Source of the DNA: Nitrospirales bacterium
Lineage (GTDB): Bacteria; Nitrospirota; Nitrospiria; Nitrospirales; UBA8639
NCBI GenBank assembly: GCA_965223295.1
Contig: CBDCWC010000002.1
Coordinates: 1,024,001-1,088,000 of the forward strand
Direction of reading: 5' to 3'
DNA: 64,000 bases
The first letter of the stretch is position 1; every line of letters starts with the position of its first letter. Positions 50,798-58,740 of the stretch are shown piece after piece. A model generated the notes under the pieces. That model saw only the letters and a program-made list of their open reading frames with translations. It was not told the origin of the DNA and searched no databases. The position numbers were made by a program, and so were the translations under genes.

Positions 50798-53439
50798 CGT
50801 ATAGGGGCGATTTTCTCTTCCCCCCCATCCAGGGCATAGAGTTCTGTTCTCAACACCGAACCGCGCAGAGTTCGCATCGCATCTCGCTTAACCCGACGGT
50901 CTGCAATTCCTGCAAGAAAGGACGGAATGTGGTGGGATTGCAGGTGTGCTTCGACTGACGAACTCAGACTTTCTTCTACGTCCGTGACTTGGTCCCACAC
51001 GCCAGGATCGCCATCCCAATATTCATGGCGGCAATCAATTTCATCCCAATCACCAAACTCGGGTCCAACAGGCCCAAGATGATGCCAAATCTTTGTGAGC
51101 GTAGGGGGCGAGAAATGTTCACGTTCTATAGGTTCAAAATGTCGATTCTCGTCATGAAGTCCAGGACTATGGTAGATATCAAAAGTTTCGGTATCGCATT
51201 GTTCGACGAAGCCAAACCCACGAAACTCACGCTCGCCTCCATCCCAGTAACCGTGATGGTATTTGTATTCCGTGGTAAGTTTGCCTCCAGACAGTTCGTC
51301 GATGACTTCCACGCAGGACACGACTTGAACCGGAAAGGGTAACGTGGTCTTCCAGCGCGTTTCGGGTTGGGCTTGATCGCGAAGATATTCTTCAATGGAC
51401 GACCGATATTTCACCTGGGTTAACGCTCCCATGTGATTGTTCATCTGGTTAAGAACATAGGGTTTGACGCCGCCCGTAAAATCCAGAAAGAAATGATGGT
51501 CTCTGGGCGTGTCAAAGACTTCTCGACTCCATAACACTCCACTCACGCCCGTCCCAAGGAGATCTTCTAAACGCAAAGAATCGCTGTTTGATATAGGCGG
51601 TGTTCCATCAATCTCGATGGGCGCACTCCAGCCATTGCCACTTTGGTTTATCCACAGCGTGACTTTACAGTGGTCAACAAACACCAAGTCTGCCAACCCA
51701 TCTCCATCTACATCTCCAATTAGTATCTGCTGTGGAGTATATCCCGCAGGAAAACGGGGACTGTTTCGCATATGAATCCGTTTGCCCCAATTTCCGTAGC
51801 CCAGGTTTGGCCAATATTCGATATTGCCATCATGGACGAGGACGATGTCTTGTAGACCATCGCCAGAAAGATCTGCCCATTTCACGCGAGGATCAGAAAA
51901 ATTCACATCTGGAAATTCCCGGAGATCATGCTGGCGTGTGACTCGCCGAGTTTCACTCCACCCTTCTTGAGGGTCGTTGAAATAACATTCAAGCCGATTC
52001 CCAGACCGAATCGCATCCATCACTCCGTCGCCTGTTAAATCGGCCAATGCAACACTGGGATCCTGGAGGCCAACACTAGGACTATGGCTGTAGCGTCGAA
52101 ACGACTGTCGACTCCACCCACCCTCACGTTGTAATGGATAATAGCCGGATAGGCCTCGCGTGGTGACGATTAAATCCGGCTGGCCGTTACCATCTGCATC
52201 TCCCAGTTGCACTCCCGGTGTTCCTAGCTGCAACCCGGCAGGGGCTTCTTTCATCAGACGAGGTAGATCGAATTTCCCATTGCCCAGATTTCGCCAATAC
52301 CGAACGGCTCCGTTCATTTCCAAAAAATCTGGAAGGCCGTTTCCAAATAGGTCTACGAGTTCTAGCTGTGGACTGGCCAGCGATGAGACGGGCAGGTCTG
52401 CTCCTTCGAGTGGAAAGAAATCCCTTCCGGCGGGTGAAAACTGCGTGTAGGAAAACTCGAGCGGGGGCAGATGTTGCGTCTCTCCTTCTCGATGCCCTTC
52501 GATGAGAAATTGGCTTAAGACTGAAGTTCCGTTAAGGGGAAGTTCATGCTCAAGTCCCTCCCGTTCATCTAAGTATCTGAACTGGTAGGTTCGCACATGA
52601 TGGGTTTCATTCGGGTGTGTGTGGACTTCGATGTGGGTGCAACGTTTTGTCGTACGGATCTCAAAACCTGGCCTATATTCCGAAAATGGATCGGGACGGT
52701 CTTCATAGTGAAAAGAGACCGAAACGAGAAACTGCGTCTCTTCTGAGCCGTCAGTCTGGAAATCTATGTATTGAATGCGGTCGACGTAGAGCTGATCCCA
52801 GTTGTGCGGGCCGTCTTCCCGGACTTCCTCACGTCGGTATGAGTAGCGTATGACATTCCCAAATGGGTCTCGAGTTTCGGTCAGTTTCCATGCAAAGATG
52901 TGGTGCCGATTCTGAGGGTCGGCGATGATGGCAGGATCAACTCCCACCGCTTGAGGGGTTCCATACAGACTCACTAAGCCATCTTTACTCTGCACTTCCC
53001 AGAAATTATTCTGTGCATCTTCATGATGAAGAATACGAGCGAAGAGGCCTTCGGTGCGAGGTCGGTATCGAACAACGCCAGGAGCAAACTCGCCTACCGG
53101 TACCAGGTCCTCAGCACCGGACAGAATGAACGTATCGCGCATTGAGAGTTCAGGATCATGATCTCTATACCGTGGAATGCCCTTTGAGGTTTTTCTGGCA
53201 ACCCCAGGAATGCTTAAATTCCACCCGAGCCCAAACGGTCCATTTCCATTTCCTGTGCTATACCCCAAACTGAGTTGAGGCTGGAAACCGTTCCTACCCG
53301 ACGGCACTTCAATGGGAATGGTAAAGTTTCCGGTTCCGGTGAAGAGATCCGGAGAAAAGGTTTCTCCAATGCCTTTGAGAGCGCCGCCTCCCTTAGGAAG
53401 TGAAATATTTGTCGTGGAAGATGAGTTGGAATCGGCCAT
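50794..53439 (-). CDS. N-terminal part of the TcB-TcC fusion: SpvB domain, FG-GAP propeller, TcdB mid-N
   Basis: ISLPKGGGALKGIGE, PQLSLGYSTGNGNGPFGLGW, RPDPFS.YRPGFEIRT, DxxGDGxxD repeats, YWDGGEREFRGFG. Ends by frameshift at ELYALDG. Confidence 0.9.
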   Translation of the reverse strand: MADSNSSSTTNISLPKGGGALKGIGETFSPDLFTGTGNFTIPIEVPSGRNGFQPQLSLGYSTGNGNGPFGLGWNLSIPGVARKTSKGIPRYRDHDPELSMRDTFILSGAEDLVPVGEFAPGVVRYRPRTEGLFARILHHEDAQNNFWEVQSKDGLVSLYGTPQAVGVDPAIIADPQNRHHIFAWKLTETRDPFGNVIRYSYRREEVREDGPHNWDQLYVDRIQYIDFQTDGSEETQFLVSVSFHYEDRPDPFSEYRPGFEIRTTKRCTHIEVHTHPNETHHVRTYQFRYLDEREGLEHELPLNGTSVLSQFLIEGHREGETQHLPPLEFSYTQFSPAGRDFFPLEGADLPVSSLASPQLELVDLFGNGLPDFLEMNGAVRYWRNLGNGKFDLPRLMKEAPAGLQLGTPGVQLGDADGNGQPDLIVTTRGLSGYYPLQREGGWSRQSFRRYSHSPSVGLQDPSVALADLTGDGVMDAIRSGNRLECYFNDPQEGWSETRRVTRQHDLREFPDVNFSDPRVKWADLSGDGLQDIVLVHDGNIEYWPNLGYGNWGKRIHMRNSPRFPAGYTPQQILIGDVDGDGLADLVFVDHCKVTLWINQSGNGWSAPIEIDGTPPISNSDSLRLEDLLGTGVSGVLWSREVFDTPRDHHFFLDFTGGVKPYVLNQMNNHMGALTQVKYRSSIEEYLRDQAQPETRWKTTLPFPVQVVSCVEVIDELSGGKLTTEYKYHHGYWDGGEREFRGFGFVEQCDTETFDIYHSPGLHDENRHFEPIEREHFSPPTLTKIWHHLGPVGPEFGDWDEIDCRHEYWDGDPGVWDQVTDVEESLSSSVEAHLQSHHIPSFLAGIADRRVKRDAMRTLRGSVLRTELYALDGGEEKIAPIR

Positions 53440-53580
53440 CCCTAGCCCCTTGCCAAATTTTCAGTAGGAATTTGATTAACTTTGATTAGTCTCTAACTTA
53501 ATAATGAATATAGGGAACATGGTGTTATTTTAGTCATAATCGTCGTGTTACACGGGTGCAAACTCATGAAACCCTATCCA

Positions 53581-53704
53581 GTGACACTCCCCGCCCAAAG
53601 GGCGGGGCTTCTTCAAAACCTATTAAGAACTATCGCTTTCGTTTGCCCAAGGCTGCCATTCATCCCCATGCAAAGCAAGGGGCTTTCCTGGCAGGATTAG
53701 TAAA
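53581..53704 (+). mobile_element. Miniature IS200/IS605-type (PATE-like) element
   Basis: Left hairpin CCCCGCCC-AAA-GGGCGGGG (53589-53607); right CATTCAT + CCCCATGC-AAA-GCAAGGGG (53664-53682). No transposase. Confidence 0.7.
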
Positions 53705-53706
53705 TG

Positions 53707-53734
53707 TCATGAGTATTTGGCTCTTTTCTCATCA
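53707..53734. other. Degenerate third 11-6-11 site
   Basis: TCATGAGTATT-TGGCTC-TTTTCTCATCA; right arm 10/11 and left arm 8/11 to the palindromic consensus. Confidence 0.35.
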
Positions 53735-53836
53735 CAGCCTGCATCCTCAATGTATGGTCTCTTTGATCCGCCCCATTGCCCCACATTAAGATAAAAAAGT
53801 CAACCGGCTTCTGCTCAAAAGGGAGAGAGGCGTGGC

Positions 53837-54148
53837 ATGAGTACTTCGGTAGTGCCTAACCCTGTCAGTCCCCGTGCGGAACATGTGACAATCACTGAAG
53901 ATACGTTAAGCGTCGATCTTGGAGACGGACGAACTATTGCCGCTCCGTTGGCCTGGTTTCCACGGCTTGTTCATGCAACTTCCGAAGAGAAAAACAATTG
54001 GCAGCTGATAGGCCAAGGCAAAGGCATTCATCGGGAAGATCTTGATGAAGACATTAGCATTGAGGGGTTACTTGAAGGTCGACCATCTGGAGAAAGTCAG
54101 ACCTCATTCAAAAAATGGTTAGACGCACGCTCTGCTCATGACAAATAG
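53837..54148 (+). CDS. DUF2442 domain protein (putative TA antitoxin)
   Basis: LSVDLGDGRTIAAPLAWFPRL..AT.EE..NW.LIG.G.GIH..LDEDISIEGLL. Confidence 0.88.
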   Translation: MSTSVVPNPVSPRAEHVTITEDTLSVDLGDGRTIAAPLAWFPRLVHATSEEKNNWQLIGQGKGIHREDLDEDISIEGLLEGRPSGESQTSFKKWLDARSAHDK

Positions 54149-54591
54149 TATTCGTAGTTGTTTACATACGAAAGATGCACTAACTCCTTATCAGCTCTAA
54201 GCTTTACCTTTCCTCTCTTGACTCGTTCAAGCCATAACCCACTTTTTTGAATTCCTTCCGGTGCCCATCCATAAGATTCTCCATTCCAAGGAGACTCTTG
54301 CGTTAAGGTTGTGCCCAATCAACCAGCATCCATATAGAAGTACGAAAAATTTCGGCAGAGATTGATTTTGCACTTTGTTGCTCAAAAAGGTTACCAACAA
54401 TATATCCAAGAAGCATGTGATGATGGTATAGTAAGGACCATCGTAGAATGGCACCCACACCTGGTAGAAAGTGATCATTGACACAATATCTGTTTTGTAG
54501 ATTTTGTCATAATTTGTGTAGTCGCAACCTGCCCTTGAGTTATTTGAACTATTCGTCTATAAGTAACTGAAACTATTAAAATATCTTGCGC

Positions 54592-54681
54592 GGAGAGGTG
54601 GCCGAGTGGCCGAAGGCATCGGTTTGCTAAACCGACGTAGGGTCACACCTACCATGAGTTCGAATCTCATCCTCTCCGCCA
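54592..54681 (+). tRNA. tRNA-Ser(GCT)
   Basis: GGAGAGG/CCTCTCC acceptor stem plus G-CCA; anticodon arm TCGGT-TTGCTAA-ACCGA; long variable arm; GTTCGAATC T-loop. Confidence 0.96.
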
Positions 54682-54797
54682 GCCTTCGCTAATGCTACGG
54701 CTGGCATGCCAGCCTAGGAAAATCACCCAAAATCCATATTCACCTAATAATCAGCCTTAAAAAAACGAAGGCTGTCTGCCGAAGCTTTAGCAAAGGC
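54682..54797. repeat. Inverted pair of 25-bp REP-like palindromic units
   Basis: 54682-54706 GCCTTCGCTAATGCTACGGCTGGCA versus 54773-54797 TGTCTGCCGAAGCTTTAGCAAAGGC (20/25 as inverted repeat). Confidence 0.75.
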
Positions 54798-54818
54798 AGA
54801 CACCACGATTTCTCTACC

Positions 54819-55061
54819 GTGAAATACGTATATCTAATAAAAAGTGAGTCTCATGTTAATAAAACCTATGTCGGCGTAACATCAAATTTAAGCAAACGCT
54901 TAGACAGTCACAATGCTGGTAGCTCCATCCACACCTCGAAGTTCAAGCCATGGAAGCTACTAACCTATGTTGCATTTTCTGACGATTCAAAAGCGCTTGC
55001 TTTCGAAGCCTACCTTAAAACAGGTTCAGGGCGAGCATTCGCCAAGAAAAGACTGTGGTAA
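54819..55061 (+). CDS. Stand-alone GIY-YIG nuclease
   Basis: YVYLI...TYVGVTSNLSKRL..HN.G...T..KPWKL...A..FE.YLKTGSGR. Confidence 0.92.
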   Translation: MKYVYLIKSESHVNKTYVGVTSNLSKRLDSHNAGSSIHTSKFKPWKLLTYVAFSDDSKALAFEAYLKTGSGRAFAKKRLW

Positions 55062-55219
55062 TCAAAAACAAGCTAAAATGGGCTCAAAAAGTAAGGCAAT
55101 TACAATCCATAATTTGAAAGTTGTCAATTCATAGTCAAAAACTCCAATTCACTATTAGGCTGCAATAGTTCCATTTCTTCCAATCGACTCTTTCATACCA
55201 CCCTCAATTCCTATTCTTC

Positions 55220-56281
55220 ATGCGTGAACATCGATGGGAATCGGTCTCAACCCTGTCTTTTGCTGAGATTTTATCGGTTACGGACAAACTACGCCAAGCT
55301 GGCTTGACCTCTATGCATCCCAAAAAAGAAATGATTACCTACATCGAAGAATGGGAGGTGGATGATCTTGATGAGATTCGACAGTTAGAACCGTGGCCGA
55401 CTGAAGATGTCACGCAGTTACACATACTCAATCAGTGGACGGGCGACTTTTTTCTACTCGCAGGCGGGTATCATACCGTGTTTCAGAAACACCAATCGGT
55501 CAATACCTATTGTTCAGTCGCCCACCCCTGGCGTATTGGACATCCGCTTGTCACATTACATCCTACGGCATGGCTCTGGGTCGGTTTTCGGCACACGCAT
55601 GGCTTTATTCGTACACGGGTGCATACAACAGAAATCATTGCTCCTGGAGAATCCGTCGAATCGAATCGTGAGCAATTTTGGTTGAATGATCGCAAGGAAG
55701 CTTTCGGTGCGGCTATCAAGATGTTGGATTTACCCATTGAAGTGACAATCAATAACCACAAAGTGACTCTTGCGACTCAACGCCAAGACACTCCCTTGTT
55801 TTGTTCATGGCCCGATGCCTTTGGCCCCTGCCAATTTGAATTAAACTCCCCTGACCCTTTTGAATTTCTGGTCCCAGCCAGTCAACTGGCCGCAACTCTC
55901 TCAAATCAAGCCGAGCAAGTCCGAGTGTATCTGACGGGGTTTTCGTTCCAGGCTTTACGTGACTTTAGGAATCTTTCCACAGACTCTCAATTGATGTATC
56001 GCTGTTCACTCCACTGTCAATTTAATGAAATCCCAGATATTTTTTCCGTACTGCGCGCGAAAGGTCGTCTGTATGGGAGTTTGGCTGAATTTCAAACATC
56101 AGTCTCTATACCAGAAGATATCGATGCTGCAGCGATTATAGGACTGGTAGGATCAGAAGGACAGTTTCGCTTAGAAGTTCGTCTCAACCAACATCCACTG
56201 CCACATCAAGAAACTGAACAATGGCTGGAACAATTGGTTGGCCATGACCTGGCATATGCACCGCTCCCCATCTTCCCTTAG
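55220..56281 (+). CDS. Hypothetical protein
   Basis: 353-aa ORF with no recognised motif; the stop TAG abuts the repeat. Confidence 0.75.
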   Translation: MREHRWESVSTLSFAEILSVTDKLRQAGLTSMHPKKEMITYIEEWEVDDLDEIRQLEPWPTEDVTQLHILNQWTGDFFLLAGGYHTVFQKHQSVNTYCSVAHPWRIGHPLVTLHPTAWLWVGFRHTHGFIRTRVHTTEIIAPGESVESNREQFWLNDRKEAFGAAIKMLDLPIEVTINNHKVTLATQRQDTPLFCSWPDAFGPCQFELNSPDPFEFLVPASQLAATLSNQAEQVRVYLTGFSFQALRDFRNLSTDSQLMYRCSLHCQFNEIPDIFSVLRAKGRLYGSLAEFQTSVSIPEDIDAAAIIGLVGSEGQFRLEVRLNQHPLPHQETEQWLEQLVGHDLAYAPLPIFP

Positions 56282-56474
56282 GGGTCAGTTGAAAAAAGCC
56301 GTCAGCGGCGTTCTCGCCATTGTTCCGTGCTCACGTAGTGCCAGTACGCTCCGCGCGCAAAAATGACTGCGGCCTTGCTGAACGGGCTTTTTTGAACCGA
56401 CCCAATGCCGCTCATCGTCAACAAGTTCCTGGCGAAAAATGCCCCTTGATCTCTTCGCTATTCAACACTCCCAT
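56282..56474 (-). repeat. Dispersed repeat, copy 3 (inverted; core 56282-56403 plus extension)
   Basis: The reverse complement aligns to copies 1 and 2, including the TGGGAGTGTTGAAT..GAAGA.ATCAAGGG.CAT.TTTCGCC extension. Confidence 0.88.
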
Positions 56475-56530
56475 AAATACCCTCGCTCTTTCAGACGTAG
56501 AGTTCTTGCTCCCCTTAAATACATTCCTCC

Positions 56531-57541
56531 TCATGTTTTGAAGACCGGAAGAAAGGATTGGGCAGCGTGGCAGACTTCTTCAAGCGATATTTGCCGCATA
56601 CAACTTTCTTCCCCTCGCGAACAGCCAGGATAAAAACATTCCCGACAATCTAATCCTTTGTAGATCACGTGTACGTTCGAACCGCGTGGGCCCCATACAG
56701 CGGGGTCAGTTGGCCCAAACAAACCTATCACCCGACAGCCAACGGCCGCCGCGATATGGAGAGGGCCTCCATCGTTTCCCACCACTAGGACACTTTGCTT
56801 CATCAAACTGCTTAGAGTAGAAAGATTCGTGTGTCCCATTAAATTTACCGGTTTATGCGCAGTCATATTCATAATTTGTTGACCAAGAGAGGCTTCCCGC
56901 TGATTCCCCACCAGCGCAACCTGAAACCCTTTTTGGGCGAACCAATTGGCCAGCGCCGCAAAACGTTCCAAGGGCCAGGTCTTAAACACATACCGTGCAG
57001 AAGGATAGAGCAAGATCAATGAGGAGCTCTGCAAACCTCGCGAATCAAGCAATTGTTGAACGAACCGCTCTGCGTCTGCATTGACGGCCATTTCCGGATC
57101 TCCAACTGATTCGCTTATTCCCAAGGCCCTTAAGATCTGCGCATGATACTCCACCATATGCATGGAACCATAAGCTGAACGTATGGTTTGGGAATAAAAC
57201 TTTCCCCGCCACAATCGATCCCGGTTAAAACCCAAACGCACCGGCGCTCCTGTTACCCACGACAGAAACGCAGACCGATCTCCATCAGTCAAATCTAGAA
57301 CTGCATCAAATCCTGCCCTGCGCAGTTTCATGATTAGTTGGCTTTGCTGAATCAAAGAATCTCGAGGCACAACCCAGACATCATCAACATGCGAATTGCC
57401 ATGTAAGATTTCTTCTGTTCCTGCATTGACGAGAAATGTAATTCGAGCTTTGGGAAATTGTCTGCGAAGGGAAGAAAGTATCGGAGTACTTAACACGACA
57501 TCCCCAAGATAGCGAAGCTTGATGAGCAGTATGCGCTTCAT
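56531..57541 (-). CDS. GT9 LPS heptosyltransferase (WaaQ/RfaQ-like)
   Basis: IKLRYLGDVVLSTP, KTWPLERF, GNDGGPLHIAAAVG, LFGPT. Confidence 0.9.
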   Translation of the reverse strand: MKRILLIKLRYLGDVVLSTPILSSLRRQFPKARITFLVNAGTEEILHGNSHVDDVWVVPRDSLIQQSQLIMKLRRAGFDAVLDLTDGDRSAFLSWVTGAPVRLGFNRDRLWRGKFYSQTIRSAYGSMHMVEYHAQILRALGISESVGDPEMAVNADAERFVQQLLDSRGLQSSSLILLYPSARYVFKTWPLERFAALANWFAQKGFQVALVGNQREASLGQQIMNMTAHKPVNLMGHTNLSTLSSLMKQSVLVVGNDGGPLHIAAAVGCRVIGLFGPTDPAVWGPRGSNVHVIYKGLDCRECFYPGCSRGEESCMRQISLEEVCHAAQSFLPVFKT

Positions 57542-57611
57542 AAAGCTATACGATGAATGAAAAACGTAACCCTAAGTCGATGGGGTATGCTACCCAGCGT
57601 TGTAAAACCCA

Positions 57612-58343
57612 TTATCCTTCCTCTTCATTCAATGCGAAATGCAAATACGGCCACAAGGAAGCCACAGTGAAAACCGAAAGCGCAAATTCTAAAAACTCTT
57701 CAATTTCCATCAACATGATTTTTCCGGACTCGCCTACTCCCATCACTGGAAGAACATAGGACCCAACTTTGTCAATCGTTAAACAGAGAACGAACAAGAT
57801 CAAGGCTAACAGTAAATGGTTAAACCAAGAATTTCCAGTTCTCCATGCTAAGAGCACCGTCTCCCACAGCCGAAAGCTAAGGATGACGCCTACCACGAGA
57901 CAGGGTACGACCATAAAACCCAGAACTAGCAATCTCTCAGTTAGCGGAAAGTTTGGATTCCAATAATTTGCAAGCTTATCTAGATTCCATCCCGTTACCC
58001 ACACATGAGCATCTAATTCTCGCAATCCCAACAAAAGAAAAAGCACCGAAACACCCAGCCATTCTACGGCTTTCAGCCGTTGGCAATAAGCCGCCGCCAC
58101 ACACCACGTCAATCCCATAAACCAGACCGCGGCGCTCATCCGTTCAACCGGTCCATTTTCAGAGGCAATGACATCTCGCCAGCCTGGCAGCCCGGTTCCC
58201 CATTTCGCCAACATTACCGCAACGGCACAAAAAACAATGGCCCCGCTCAGCTGCCACCACCAAGCGTCATTTCTTTGTGATAGATCTATATTGATGTCTG
58301 GAACCTGATGACACATCGTCCCTGAAAATCTTCTGTGCATCAC
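57612..58343 (-). CDS. Multi-pass membrane protein
   Basis: Several TM helices; SENGPVE, LRELDAH, EEFLE motifs. Confidence 0.75.
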   Translation of the reverse strand: MMHRRFSGTMCHQVPDINIDLSQRNDAWWWQLSGAIVFCAVAVMLAKWGTGLPGWRDVIASENGPVERMSAAVWFMGLTWCVAAAYCQRLKAVEWLGVSVLFLLLGLRELDAHVWVTGWNLDKLANYWNPNFPLTERLLVLGFMVVPCLVVGVILSFRLWETVLLAWRTGNSWFNHLLLALILFVLCLTIDKVGSYVLPVMGVGESGKIMLMEIEEFLEFALSVFTVASLWPYLHFALNEEEG

Positions 58344-58663
58344 ATACCTGCCGAACGTGTTATGGCAAAAAAATACAATGCCCCAAAGCTACAAGAAAGA
58401 ATCAGACTTCCAACTCCCAACGACCAACTCCTGGATTTTCTCTGAGAAGAAACTCGTCTTGCAGTAAGGCCGTTCATAACGCCAAAGACTCCAAGACTAA
58501 AAAATCCTAGTCCAATATACCAGGAGACCAACGCTGGTCCACCCAAGTCATGGAGATAGGGAAGCCCTTCTTGATAATGAGGAACACGAGGCAGCCCCAT
58601 CACCACAATGGTTACGACTAAGAATACCCAGCTAGGCCAGGATCGAATCATCTTCATGATCAA
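58340..58663 (-). CDS. Small membrane protein
   Basis: Three hydrophobic segments; overlaps the downstream gene (ATGA). Confidence 0.6.
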   Translation of the reverse strand: MIMKMIRSWPSWVFLVVTIVVMGLPRVPHYQEGLPYLHDLGGPALVSWYIGLGFFSLGVFGVMNGLTARRVSSQRKSRSWSLGVGSLILSCSFGALYFFAITRSAGM

Positions 58664-58740
58664 AGGTCAGGATGGCTATGAGTTAGTGAACTTCAAAAAC
58701 TTTTGAGAACAAACCCTGCAATTCCCAAAATGATGGCTGT

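Noticed and set aside
36495-53000. Numerous plus-strand ORFs within the Tc genes
   Set aside because: Antisense shadows of long minus-strand CDSs, without protein-family motifs.
54136-54484. Short minus-strand ORFs before tRNA-Ser
   Set aside because: No recognisable motif or clear RBS; possibly a decayed gene, but unsupported.
35183-54681. Island integrated at tRNA-Ser by a classical integrase
   Set aside because: The island lies on the 5' side of the tRNA; I saw no duplicated tRNA end and no integrase.
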